A stretch of 64,000 nt of DNA. Source: Anthoceros angustus. Taxonomy: Eukaryota > Plantae > Anthocerotophyta. Below are positions 1 through 13,000 of the stretch, piece after piece. Within the stretch, counting starts at the first letter, position 1. The number at the start of each line of letters is the position of its first letter. The stretch spans positions 496,001 through 560,000 of the forward strand of contig MU008194.1 of the NCBI GenBank assembly GCA_010909165.1, written 5' to 3'. The translations under genes were made by a program, and so were the position numbers. The notes under the pieces were generated by a model that ran no database searches, was not told where the DNA came from, and saw only the letters and a program-made list of their open reading frames with translations.

Positions 1-100
1 ACATACACGGTAGCCCGGCGCCCGCATCAAATTTGTCGCCGGCATAAGATGGCATATGCTTGCCTTGATACTTTACAAAAAAGAGCTGATCCAGTAGTTG

Positions 101-1798
101 CTATGGAGATGGATCAGCAGGCAACGTAGGACTCTGGGAACAGATGCCCAAGCTGTGCAGCTGTAGTAGTTTCGAGGGGGCATCGCATAGACCTGTTGAG
201 ACGAGAAGCAATCACAAGGATGTGAATGACTCGATCAGTACGAAGACGGTAAGGATGACGAGGTGACCAAGAGACGAGATCAGATGTACTAGAACCTGCG
301 CACATGGGGATGTCCCAGACGGCGACAGATGTGGCACGACACTCGGGGTCACACAGTGCTCGGTTATCTTCATACTCAACATTCTTGGCCAGCATCCATA
401 CACCCATGGTGACATCGTCGCTCTTGAATATCCTGAGACTGGGGACCCATGGTAACGCAGTCAGTCATGTCCGCTGCCTGAAAGAAAGAAAGCTTAGCTT
501 GCTGCAAGAGTGGCAAGGTGAAGCTCTGTGAATACCTGTCGTTTCTAGCTGATGCCAAGGAAGCTGCAACTGCAGCAGAGAGGGCATAGATAGGACCATA
601 GGCATGATAGAAGTATTCGGAGCCTAGCATGTACGCGAGGGGCTCATACCTGCATACGCACAAAGCAGGGTTACGCTGGCAATGATAGTGCGGCACGACA
701 ACAACGAGTGCGCTCTCGACATGGAAGTACCATGTAGCACCTGGCTCCCTCACAACAGGTCCATTTTTCATGCAGCCCAGATAGGTCCGAGGCGAGGTTC
801 TGTCCTTGGCCAGAAGTGTGGACAACCTGTCTGCACCAGCAATGAACCTGAGTTGCACATCACACATAGGGCAGCCCTTCCCAGACTTTGCGACATGTCA
901 CAGACGCTGTTGAGAGCATGCCAGGGCAATTCACCGGTACGGACGTAGATGTTGTCATCCGCCTTGACGTAAAAATCAGCATCGAAGAGCTTGTACGCAG
1001 CCTTGAGGAAAGCCAACCTGCAACACCAATATCAAGTCAGCCTCCCTGCAACATCCAACCCAACAACTATCCTACTCCGGATCCACATCACCCATCGCCA
1101 TACTCACTCACGTTTTATACGACTGCATATCGCTCGATTCCTCAACATCAACAACCATGAAGTCATTGAAAGTCTCCACCTCCGCCTGCAACGCGGCCGC
1201 CTTCTCAGCATCCTTCGTCGACCCAATCACGAACCTGATCACCAGCCCAGTAGCCTCCTCCAACCTGGAACCGCCCACCACCCATCACCTCCCTGCATAC
1301 TAAAACGCTCACACCCCACATCCCCACCCGCGCATTCTCGCTCCAGGGAGAGAAGGGATACCTGGCAATACCTTCAGGCGTCCCGGGCACCCAGGTCTCT
1401 CTCAGAGCCTTCCTCCTAGCCAGAGCCTCGAACCCAGTATGAATCCCCACCACCCCCAGCACCTTCCGCCTGACACTACTCACCCCACCCTCCGCCTCCA
1501 GCATCTCCGCAATCACCATAGCATCCACCTCGTCGGTCAGAGCAGCAGCACTCACACTCCTCCCCCCAGCACCCACGCCCCTCGCCCCACCCACCGCGCC
1601 CGACCCCACCTGGCTCCCGCAATCCAGCTCCAGCGGCCCCCAGACTAGCAGCAGAAAGGAGAAGACGGAGAACCCCAGTACCGCCGCAGTGGGCACCCGC
1701 GCCCCGATCCCCCATGGCGGGTGTAGGAGCCCCCTCGCTACCCACCTGCTGCCCTCCAATCCTGCCTGCTTCCGAAACACCAAGACAGCCGGTGGCAT
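101..1798 (-). CDS. GT31 family beta-1,3-galactosyltransferase (B3GALT12/13/14-like), about 7 exons
   Basis: Spliced pieces read: TM segment, [37 protein letters not shown] (DxD), [33 protein letters not shown], and a final exon [18 protein letters not shown] ending in TAG at 103-101. ATG at 1798; GT-AG introns. Confidence 0.9.
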
Positions 1799-3109
1799 CA
1801 CACCGTCCGCTTGCCCAATCCCTCAGTGCTTGCTCTCTTCACACGCAGAGCGTCTGCCATCCACAGCCCAATCCTCCCGCACTCCACATCTCCACACCAG
1901 GCCCTCTGCTTCTGCGAAGCACATCAGAAAGCAACCCGCATCCTCCTTCTCCTTCTCCTTCTCCTTGTCCTTCCCGAAGCGTCGGGCCTGCTTCAAATAA
2001 TTAGAGAACCTTCCGTCGGGCCGGAGTTCCCGCCTCGACCTCCTGCGACAGACATGAATTGGATCTGCTGCCAGCCGGGGCCGGGGCACGGAGCTTCTGA
2101 CAGAACTTCGAAGGGAGAGCGCTTTTCATTAAATAGAGGGGTCGAAGGTGCGAGGGAGCTGGCCGCGTCCTCGGCTACTTTTGGTTGGTGCTTCCACAAG
2201 ACTGTAAATTTGGGACAGCCCCAAGCTGGCTGATTGCCATGTCTGGACCCTGGATCCTGGACCCTGGACCAGTTGTCAGAGCTTTGGGCTTCCTCTGCCT
2301 CATCGCACCACCCGCTCTCGAGGGCGTCGGTGACAGTGCCATGCTGACGTTGTCTCCGTCGGAACAACATTTAATAACGACCATATTTCAAAAGCTAGGT
2401 ACTATGGATTGCTTGCCTTTGTCTTGTCATATGCAGCAAAATCGTATAGATATTAGCTGGAGATTCTTTTCATGATAGGGAATTTTCAGTGCGCCAATTG
2501 TCAGGATGGCAGAGGTTACCAGGCGGAGGGGGAAAGGGTTTCTTTTTACCGGGCAACGCTCCGAGGACCAGCTCCTTCCAGGGACTGGCGGTCGCCCACC
2601 GCATGTGACCGGTTCTTTCCATCATTGTCGGTCCAATCAAATTATATTATTAATATTAAATATATTAGATATATTTTTGTCGGCAGACTTCACGGAGCGC
2701 CCCCGAAAGCGGGACAGTCGGCTAGTATTACACGGCAGCCCAGCCTTCACCCGTGTCTTTCTGCTGGCCTTTGCCCTTTTCCATCTCTTATTCCCTTACA
2801 GGAATAATCTGTTTTTGCGTTGTATGAGATTTGACTTTCTAGGAGTTCTTTCACTCTACTTTCATGGTTCTTGTGTGCGTCCTGCGAGACCTCCAAGTCC
2901 TTTTGGATCCAACCCCATTTGTGGACTTCTTTTTATCTTATATCTTATTTTAATTATAATAAAGAAAATGTAACATGGAAACAAAAATTATGGTCTTCTA
3001 TATTTTATTTCCGAAGATAGGCTCAGGCTTTGAAGCCTGGTTGCTCACAGACAGTGACTCTTTAAGAACATCATGATCTCACGAAATGGAACCCTCTACA
3101 TGGCTCATT

Positions 3110-4834
3110 TCACTTGCTGCTCCTGAAGTGGCGCAGGAAGGAGCTGTCGAAGTTGTGTCTCTCGCGGCCACGTCCCGGCAGGATAAGCGCTGCCCTCTCC
3201 CTGCGTTCCCTGATCTCTCTGATCTGCTCAACATCCACATTGAAAGCCGCAGCTGCCACTTCTTCGGGGAGATTACGGTAAACGGAAGTCCTCCCTGCAA
3301 GAGCCTCAACGAAAGGCCTGATGGAGCAAACAGTTATGGTTAGGCTGGCAATTGGTTAGGCTGCGTTGCTAAGATGTGAACTCTCTGAAGCATGAATGGG
3401 TTGGGCTGGCCGTGGAGCTTACTGGTCTGTGGTGTGGAAGGCAATCCATTCCAAGCCTTCATCTCCAGCCTGGACGCCGTGAGGGTAGAAGCGTGGGACC
3501 ACGTACGCATCACCTTCCTTGATTTCCTGGCTCTCAAGTCGCTCTCCATTGTTGCCAGCGATTTCCAGTCGTGCGGAACCTCTCAGGATGTGCACAATGG
3601 CATGGCCATTGAGTGCCCATTGAGGAGCCAGAATTGCGTTCTGATGACATAGGGTGAACATCTTATCAGACACCCTGCACAGGGCAGGAAAGACATTGCG
3701 GACTGCAACAGGAAGGAAGCAGGAGTCTGAACATACTGCGTCAAGACGACCGTATGATGCACCCAGGTTGACATTCTTGAGTATTGGGAGCTTAAACCGG
3801 TTGGCGCTGTTGTACAGACCAGCATTGCGAACTCGGACATCAGCTGAACCTTCCCGAATGTTGTAGACGAATTCGCCGTTGGCGATGTGTTCGCGCAAGT
3901 GGGTCTGGCTTGCCCGGTGTCCGCCCTGCACTGCGTTGCCGCGGCTCTCCTCGATTCTCACCTCACGCTCAGCCTGAACAATGCCCACGCCCTGCTGGCT
4001 GTTCAGGATCTCTTCCATCTGCCCCTCTTCCACGTCCCACGCGTCCGCCAAGAACTCCCTCCTGAACCCGTGCAGAATTCCGCGGAATTCCTGCTGCCCC
4101 GCCCGGCGCTGCTCGTGCTCGTGCTCGCTCTCGCGCTGGCCTCCACCGATCAAGAAGAAGCCCTGCACCGCACAAAGCCAAGGCCAGGCCGTTTTAAGCT
4201 CAAACAAACTCGCACATAATCGGATGCAGCTCAGGCTCAAACAAGTATCATCCATAGCATGCATCTCAGAGCCTCAAACTCAGTACCCTGGGCTCCCCAG
4301 CCTCTTGGTGGTACAATTCCGGGAGCAGCGAGCTCCGAATCCTTGGGCTTGCCGAGACGTCAGCGAGGAAAGGCCGCAATGTAACCACGTCGCACACGTC
4401 TCACACCAGACGACTCTCCCAAGGAGTAGCCGGTGAGAATCCCAGCATACCCCTCACCTGCATCACCAAGTTCACCATCAGCAAGGCCGGAAACAAAGAG
4501 CTGAGACCCTGGACACGTGGGATTTCTCTAAGTAGTTGAGCCAGGAAGACGTGCAGTCGTACGTCTGTATCCACCACTCACCCTCCTCGACGTAGCCGAT
4601 GTTGGCGGAGTCGGAGTACTTTGGCAGCACAAGGCCGCGCTCCCTGATGGTGATCCTGGCTGCGGCCACATTGGCGTCTCTCAAAGACCGGATGTTGGAC
4701 CAAGCCTCGATTCTGCCTCCGTCAGTCCGCAGAATTTCCCGAGGCTCCTCCAGCTGCAGCTCGGTTCTCAGTCCCACCGCGGCGCACACGCAGGACAAGG
4801 CCAAAGCCAGGGCAAGCGCCCATTTCAGCCCCAT
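3110..4834 (-). pseudogene. 11S globulin/legumin-like bicupin storage protein gene, exon 2 disrupted by a micro-inversion
   Basis: Signal peptide MGLKWALALALALSC; DGGRIEAW, LVLPKYSDS, GILHGF, LPILKNVNLGA, ILAPQWALNGHAIVHILRGSARLEI, VVPRFYP, LAGRTSVY. In-frame TGA at 4362-4360 arises from the inverted segment 4301-4368. Confidence 0.8.
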
Positions 4835-5014
4835 TGCGAACGAGTTCATCAACAATACGTCAATGACGCTGCACGTTCTTTGCAAGCTGCCGTCACAGAC
4901 TGAGCTACTCCGATGCTTGATGGGTGCTATTCCAACCCCCTGCTTAAGTACTGGGAGACTGGCACAACGGATATGGCAAACATGCCCCAACTGCCAGTTC
5001 AACATGGCACTGGA

Positions 5015-5191
5015 ACGTGGGGCCTTACAGGATTCGCGGCTTCCCAATGTCACACTCGAGCCAGGTGTCTTGGCGCCACACTTGTTCCTAGTTCAGTTCC
5101 ACTGGTTCAGAAAACGCTGAACGAACTGCCCTCATGCAGACTCTCGTTCACCTTATAGCAAGCAGGCAGCTCCATCGGCTGGCATCATGCA
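5015..5191. promoter_or_regulatory. Possible RY (CATGCA x2) and ABRE-core (ACGTGG) elements in the divergent legumin/RLK intergenic region
   Basis: ACGTGG at 5015-5020; CATGCA at 5133-5138 and 5186-5191. RY plus ABRE is the classic ABI3-type storage-protein module, but hexamers also occur by chance. Confidence 0.3.
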
Positions 5192-5573
5192 CCTGCAAAC
5201 AAATCCAACACCATGTCCAGTGTGCTCTGAGACAGGGAGAAGCTCTGGTAGGAAGGAGTGCGAGGTCAGGACCGGATCAGCGGACGGTTGAAGAAAAGAC
5301 AAAACTGGGGACAGTTAGGCCGTTGCCTGTAACCTGTCAGCTGACAAGTGACAAGTGAACGACCCCGAGCATGTAGACGAAGTAACCTTACTTTAGCTGG
5401 AGGCCAACTATAGCCCCAACGCCTCGTGGGTTCACGTCGCACAGCGGAGAAAACGTCGCACGAAGGAAGTCCGACCCTCCACGAACCCGGCCCCTCCCAA
5501 CAGGTTCACGACCGAGTGCAACTACAGGAAATGCAATGCGTTTCCAGCAAGAGGTTGAAGTGGACTTGCAGGT

Positions 5574-8419
5574 ATGGCGGATGGAAGCCGGTGGCCATGC
5601 GCTTTCTTGTGCTGCGTGGCTTTGATCCTGGCCTGCTTTCCGCCCGCCCATGGCCAGGAAGCAGGTCGAGAGCCGACTACGTACGTGGTGGGCGATGAGG
5701 GAACCTGGTGGACATCTCCGGCCGCCAGCAATCTTGCTGCGACCTATTATCAGGATTGGGCGGACAAGCAGACTGTCTACGTCAACGACAGCCTCTGTAA
5801 GCTGGCTTGGAGCATCTGGTTGAAATCTGGTTCAGGACGGATGCCTTGATCCATCATCCTGTAACGAGCCCTCGATGGACTCTTTTGCGCAGATTTTTCC
5901 TACAACAACAGCCTGTACGATGTCACTTTTGTGTATACTCAGAAGGAGCTTTCCGCCTGCGATCCCTCCAATTTCTCCGCCTACGATGGGACCGGGCAGA
6001 GCTACTTCACATTCTATGACAGCTCGACGTTCTACGTGATGAGCTCAGGGGGGGCCACTGGCGTCAGTGCAGATTGCCAAGCTGGAATGAAGTTCCAAGT
6101 GCAGGTGCTCCCGCTTGATTCGTCCCCACCCGGAGCACCTCCCCCTGCTGCTGTCCCTCCGACAACAAGCGCTTCACCGCCCCCAGGTTCCTCACCTCCT
6201 GCTCGGGGCAGCCCTCCGCCCTCCAGCACATCGGGGTCTCCAACCCCGCCGCCCAGCAAGCAGTCGCCTCCTCCCCCCAGCAGCTCGGCTGGGGTTCCAC
6301 CAGCCGGAGGACTTTTGCTTCAGATTGAGATACCTTGGGAGCCACAGGCCAACGACACCAGTTTCTACCAGAACTACCTCAGCGACCAGCTCGAGAAAAA
6401 TGGGCTCACGTTTGTACCTGTGGGGTCTTCTCTTGGTACGTAGACAGACCTCAACGTTGGATGGCCGATTTGAGATAATATGTGTTCCAGCATAAGGCCT
6501 CCAGACGGATCTCACCCCTCACTTTTACATGTTCTGCAGTGTTCAAGTATATTTCTGGGAAGAACAATGTGCTTAGGGTCAATGGAACTGACTTCGACTC
6601 ATGCACCAAGCCAGATAAACCGATCTCTCAGAACAAGGACCCAGATATCCCTATCAAGCTCCCTGACGAGGGGCAGTACTACTTTATTGATGGGTTGAAG
6701 GATCATTGCTCTGCTGGGAACATGAAACTGTTTGTACAAGTTGGTTCGGGACAGGGTCCTTCTCCTTCCCCAACAGGTTTGAAGGCCGCTGCGTGATCTG
6801 CAGTGCTGCACCACTCTTTTAGCTCTAATTCAAGTGTGCGTGCAGTTCTAAGTGCTTGAATTTTTTGTTTTGCAGGTTCAGGCTCTGGCAGCACTGGGTC
6901 ATCATCCGGGACCAAGTTTCCTATCGTAGGTAGTGCCAACTACCTTCTTCTCATGTTGATTGCTCTCCTGGCTTCAGCAAAAAGCACTTGATAACAATCT
7001 GAAATTACGAGACTAACCATCCTTGTCTCTTCTTTCTGTTTTGCAGCTGTGGTGGCACCCTCAGTCCTGGTTGTCGCCGGGTTGCTGCTTCTTATTTGCT
7101 GTTGCAGGTGCTACCAATCGAAGGCCACGGGGAAATACATCACAGTGAACACAAACCTTTCGTATGTCCCTCCTGGGATGGTGAATACTGCACAGAACAC
7201 AGAGAAGCTTACCAATATTCTGGCTGGCAATAATGGACGCAGCATCTGCAAAATTTTCACCTTCCAGGAGCTGGAGCGGGCTACGGCTAAATTCTCTGCC
7301 AACAACGAAATCGGGAGTGGAGGATTTGGCACGGTTTATAAAGGCACCCTGGACGATGGTACGCAGGTTGCTATTAAGAGGACCAAACATGCAGGGGGAA
7401 ATGATGTAGAGCAGTTCATCAACGAGATGTCAATTCTTTCCCAAGTGAACAACCGAAATCTGGTTAAGCTGTTGGGCTGTTGCGTTGTCCTGGAAGTTCC
7501 CCTCCTGGTGTATGAATTCGTCTCCAACGGAACACTTGAGGAACACCTTTCGATGGCAAATCAGGGGTTCGCCACCAAGCTTGATTGGGCCAGCAGATTC
7601 AAGATCGCTATTCAAACAGCTGAGGCTCTGAAGTACTTGCATGTTCAGGCCACACCACCCATCTTCCACAGGGATGTGAAGACTGCCAACATTCTGCTGG
7701 ATGACAACTTCAACGCCAAGGTGGCCGACTTCGGCCTATCCAAACTCGTGGATGTGAAAGCTACCCATGTGTCGACAATCGTGAAGGGCACACCTGGGTA
7801 CCTGGATCCTGAGTACTTCCACAACTTTCAGCTTACCGATAAGACAGACGTGTACAGCTTTGGGGTTGTTCTGCTGGAACTGATAACCTCAAAACGGCCA
7901 ATAGATCTTTCCAAATCCGCAGGAGAGCAAAATCTCGCGGTCTGCTCAATACCCTTGATACGAACTGGCAGAGTTGAGGAGATCATCGACAAGCAGATGT
8001 GCTCAGAGATTACGGAGGAAGACTTTCGGGAGATCGAAGGTGTCGCTCAGGTGAGTTGAAACGAGACATTCCCGAAATCTGCAGACGCGAGAAATTGCAT
8101 ATCTGGCTTCTAACTGCTCAGGCACACTCATGCTGTTCAGGTTGCAGTAGCATGCCTGATTCCTGAGCGGGCCTCAAGACCAACCATGAGTGACGTTGTG
8201 GAGATGCTGCAAAGGATAAAGGGATCCAAGCTGAGGGCAGAGGAATTCTGCAACAGGGCAGAAGCCATTGAGAGGACACACAGTCCCCTGGACATTCCTT
8301 CTTACGCCCTAACTGACGGCTTCAGCTACTACTCCAGTGGCGGGAAAACAAGTGCCAGCTCCAGCAGCAGCTCAAGTGCAATCTCCATTAACAGCAGCAG
8401 TAACATGAGACCTCGATGA
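5574..8419 (+). CDS. Receptor-like kinase: signal peptide, phytocyanin domain, Pro/Ser-rich linker, second phytocyanin domain, TM, WAK/WAKL-type RD kinase
   Basis: Exons 5574-5796, 5893-6435, 6540-6776, 6876-6929, 7047-8050 and 8141-8419 splice in frame (four phase-1 introns, one phase-0, all GT-AG). Phytocyanin motifs YVVGD..W..YQDWA..VNDSL, C..GMKFQVQV and YYFIDG..HCSAGNMKL; kinase motifs GSGGFGTVYKG, VAIK, HRDVK, DFG, GTPGYLDPEY. Confidence 0.87.
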
Positions 8420-10028
8420 CAGTGTGCCATTGAGCACCTCTTCAAAGTCAAGAACGGTTTTGCCTAGGTATGTACTCCATACATAGATGCTTTGCACACA
8501 GTCCTGATCACCCAGCCTCCCGACGTTTATGGTTTCAGACTAGGTTAGACGGGGCCATTCCATGTGTGTTTCATACCTGGCTGGGAACTATATAACCGGC
8601 TACCAAAATGCATGTTGGGTCGCAGCCCAAGATGGCTGATGGTTGAGAACAGGATGCCTCCCGTTTCCCTCAGAGTAATGATTTTATTTACATTAATGAA
8701 CAGATAATTTCTTTATTTACTAGCTATGCGAATGCATCCACTGCAGGAAAGAAGCATTGTTGAGAGTTATCTGCCAGCAAGGTCCTCACTTACAAATCCA
8801 TAGCGCCAGATATGTAGGAGGTGATACTCCAGGAACACGTGAAAGCGTGAAAGAAGGATCTGTCATACAGATGACTCAGGCCGTGAAAGCGTGAAAGATA
8901 CTCCAGGAACACGTGAAAGCGTGAAAGAAGGATCTGTCATACAGATGACTCAGGCCGTGAAAGCGTGAAAGAACGATCTGTCATACAGATGACACATGCC
9001 GTGACGTGACCTCTGCATGCCTGTACGGACTTCTGCGTCAAACATGCTAGGATAATCGACGAGTAATGGCTTGTCATGCTGTTCAGGTTGCAGTAGCATG
9101 CCTGATTCCTGAGCGGGCCTCAAGACCAACCATGAGTGACGTTGTGGAGATGCTGCAAAGGATAAAGGGATCCAAGCTGAGGGCAGAGGAATTCTGCAAC
9201 AGGGCAGAAGCCATTGAGAGGACACACAGTCCCCTGACATTCCTTCTTACGCCCTAACTGACGGCTTCAGCTACTACTCCAGTGGCGGGAAAACAAGTGC
9301 CAGCTCCAGCAGCAGCTCAAGTGCAATCTCCATTAACAGCAGCAGTAACATGAGACCTCGATGACAGTGTGCCATTGAGCACCTCTTCAAAGTCAAGAAC
9401 GGTTTTGCCTAGGTATGTACTCCATACATAGATGCTTTGCACACAGTCCTGATCACCCAGCCTCCCGACGTTTATGGTTTCAGACTAGGTTAGACGGGGC
9501 CATTCCATGTGTGTTTCATACCTGGCTGGGAACTATATAACCGGCTACCAAAATGCATGTTGGGTCGCAGCCCAAGATGGCTGATGGTTGAGAACAGGAT
9601 GCCTCCCGTTTCCCTCAGAGTAATGATTTTATTTACATTAATGAACAGATAATTTCTTTATTTACTAGCTATGCGAATGCATCCACTGCAGGAAAGAAGC
9701 ATTGTTGAGAGTTATCTGCCAGCAAGGTCCTCACTTACAAATCCATAGCGCCAGATATGTAGGAGGTGATACTCCAGGAACACGTGAAAGCGTGAAAGAA
9801 GGATCTGTCATACAGATGACTCAGGCCGTGAAAGCGTGAAAGATACTCCAGGAACACGTGAAAGCGTGAAAGAAGGATCTGTCATACAGATGACTCAGGC
9901 CGTGAAAGCGTGAAAGAACGATCTGTCATACAGATGACACATGCCGTGACGTGACCTCTGCATGCCTGTACGGACTTCTGCGTCAAACATGCTAGGATAA
10001 TCGACGAGTAATGGCTTGTCATGCTGTT
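8128..10028 (+). repeat. Near-identical tandem duplication (about 946 bp) of the RLK last exon and 3' flank
   Basis: Units 8128-9073 and 9074-10018; 10-bp TCATGCTGTT at 8128, 9074 and 10019; a 74-bp internal tandem repeat in each unit; copy 2 has a 1-nt deletion in the exon. Confidence 0.95.
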
Positions 10029-13000
10029 GCTGTGGACTGGACAAACCATACTGATGAGACATTACATTGACTGATTGGCATCCCACTTGGCATAAGCCAC
10101 TGATTGGCATCCCACTTGGCATAAGCCACTTGATTTGGATGCCGATGTGCATGTGATGTGGCATGTGCATTGCCCATGGATGGCATGCACATGGTATGCA
10201 TGCATGACGAATGGATGACATGTGATGTATGTGGACATGTCTGGATGGATGATGTGTCATGGTGCATGTAATCTATGTACATGATTGTATGTAAGGCACG
10301 GCGCTATGATGCATATATAGACAGCGGATCTATATTAGAAAATACATAAAAATCGTAAATCAAGGAAAAGGGCGAATAGATGGTTGAACTCATAAACATT
10401 ATTATTTATTCGAAGGCCAAGGAAAGTAGGATTATAAATATACCTAAAGTGCCTACCATCGAGAACGAGGAGGCACTTCATCGAGAACTCTGGGGTTTTG
10501 CCTATATGTGGGCCACCATGGATTCTTGGATTGTAGATGTTTGTCTGAATGGAAAGGCAGCCATACTTCGTCCCTACAGCTTGTCTCATTTCTCTCTTGT
10601 GACTTTTGGGAACCGCACTATCAAGTGGGAGCCTCAGGCAACCAACTTGATCTCACCACATCTACAATCCCTGTTGCTTGGAGAACTGAGACGGCTGCAT
10701 TGGAGGACATTGTGGCGCACTGGAGACCGGAGGAGGCGGAAATCGATCATCTTCCAGCCCAGGGAGCGACTACAGTCCATGGCGGAGCGCGAAGAACGGA
10801 GGCTCCACCAGATAAGCTGAATGACTTCTGATGGATAGGAATTCTACCATCGATTTCACGCAGCTTCGTTGTAGTCCGAATCTGACCATTGCAGAGTTGG
10901 CTAGGCTCACTGACAGAGTCCTGCATATGTGTGGGAACGTCTCTGGATAGAAACTGTAGACACTGTTTTTCTTAGCTAGTTGGGCAGTTGGGCGAGGATT
11001 GCCGTTTGACAACATTCCTCAGATTGTCAAGCATAGGCGGATTGACTGATGGTATTTTTGAGGTCAGGCTGGAGTAACGAGGGACACCGCCCGCCATCGC
11101 TAGAAAGGGACAAAGATCCACGGATCACCTTTCAAAAGGACGCCCGACCAAGACAGAGACAACACGCCCATCACGAGATCTCGCTTGAGACCGGAGCGAA
11201 GAGCCGATTCAAATGGAACGGAGAGTACGCCAAGAAGAATGATGTTTTCACCGGAAAACATGGGAGCATGTCACCATGGATTTTGAGGAGAAGTTCACTG
11301 GGAATGGCGTAAAACAAGATGAAGTACAAGGATCAGTTCACCCAGAGAATGGCGCTCATGAAGATGTCAGAATATCTGGCAGGTGAGGCGTTGATGTACT
11401 GAGACGAGAAGAAGGACATCTTGGCATCGGCGGAGAAACGAACAGCAGAACTTGCAGCAGGAGTTGCCGCTGGCAAGCCACTCACTCCGTCCAAGGAAGA
11501 CGAGCTAGAGCATTTGGTTGATCTCATGTTTGAAAGATTGAAGGACATGTTTCCAACATCGTCCTTGGAGAAGATTCAGGAGTTGACTCGTTTTAGCTTC
11601 AAGTCCAATGAGACGCTGAGGGCGTCATACATCAGACTGAAGATCTTGGTGGAGGACACGGATGTGAAGACCATGCGGGAGGCTGCTGAAATTTTCATGG
11701 CTGCAGCCAGACAGCGAAGGAAGGTAATGGATGCTCTTCATGGTGCTCATGGAGAAAAGTATGGTTTGACTGACGCCTACAAGATTGCGGAGAAGGTGCT
11801 AAAGGGGATGTCACCAAGCATACCGAGGATCACAATTTGATCGAGCAGCACTTACGGCTCGACAAGGAGGATCCAGATTCCAAAGATAAGGGTCAAAATA
11901 ACGATTTGGTCAGTCCTCGAATCAGCCCAAACAATCACCAGTTCAGAAGGAGAGACCAGCGAACAACGCAGGTCAGGCGGCCATCAAATGTGGTAGGTGC
12001 CGTGGTGCACACAAGTCATTTGAATGTGACTTCAGACCTGGAGGCCCGAAGGGCAAGGAGGTTTGCAAGGCTTGTGGTCGATGGGGCCACATAGAAGCCG
12101 CATGTTGGGAGGCTCATCCAGAGCTCAAGCCCAAGGTAATGGGCAGTGAAAAGGAGAAGGGCAAAGGCCCTAGTCGCAAGGCTCTTCTTGCGCAAGTTGA
12201 AGAGATGCGTATGGCTAACATGGCCGCAGTCGAGTCACGCATTCTTTTCTCTGACTCGGATGAAGAAGTGTATGGCATGGTGGCGATTCGCAAGAAGAAG
12301 AAGAAGACCCCACTTGACCTCGGAGAAGGGGTTACTGCCAAGGACACATCTGAACGAGAGCAAAGCAAAATGCCTGAAAGTTTTAGGCAAGTGGATGATG
12401 GTACTATTGCGTAGGTGGCTTCTAACCCGGAGGTGGATGTAGAAGCACTGCTGGAGAAGGCCATGGAGGTTCCTGTGGTCAATTTGCTGGAACTTGGACT
12501 CAAGAGTTCGCATTTCAAGAAGATCATGAGGAATGGATCGAAAGAGATAGAACCGAGAAGTCCAACAGAGCTTGATGTGCCCGCGAGGAGACCATCTAAA
12601 GCCCGAACGCCGGTAAAGGAGGTGTTGCCATGATTGACAAAAACCGGAAATTACCTTTGACGGATTTGCACCACCAATGTCTTTGGTGGACACCGGAGCG
12701 ATCCAAGATTGTTGGGAGCTGCAGCCGCCTCAAGCTATGGCGCAAGCTGGTACCAAGCGATGTAAGCATCACTACTCGCAGAACGAAGGAAATGGTGATG
12801 GGGATGACCAGAAACCGATCAAGATCGAGTTGAAGCTGCACACGAGGATGCGACCACAATGGAGGTTCGGTGTTTGGTGACTGTGCCACGTCCTACACGA
12901 TTGGGGCGGATGCTACACATGGCCCTGCCATGGGAGTTGATCCACTGTATGAAGAAGCCTTCTATCGACCGCTGTGGAAGCAAGGGGATTTCTCGCGAAT

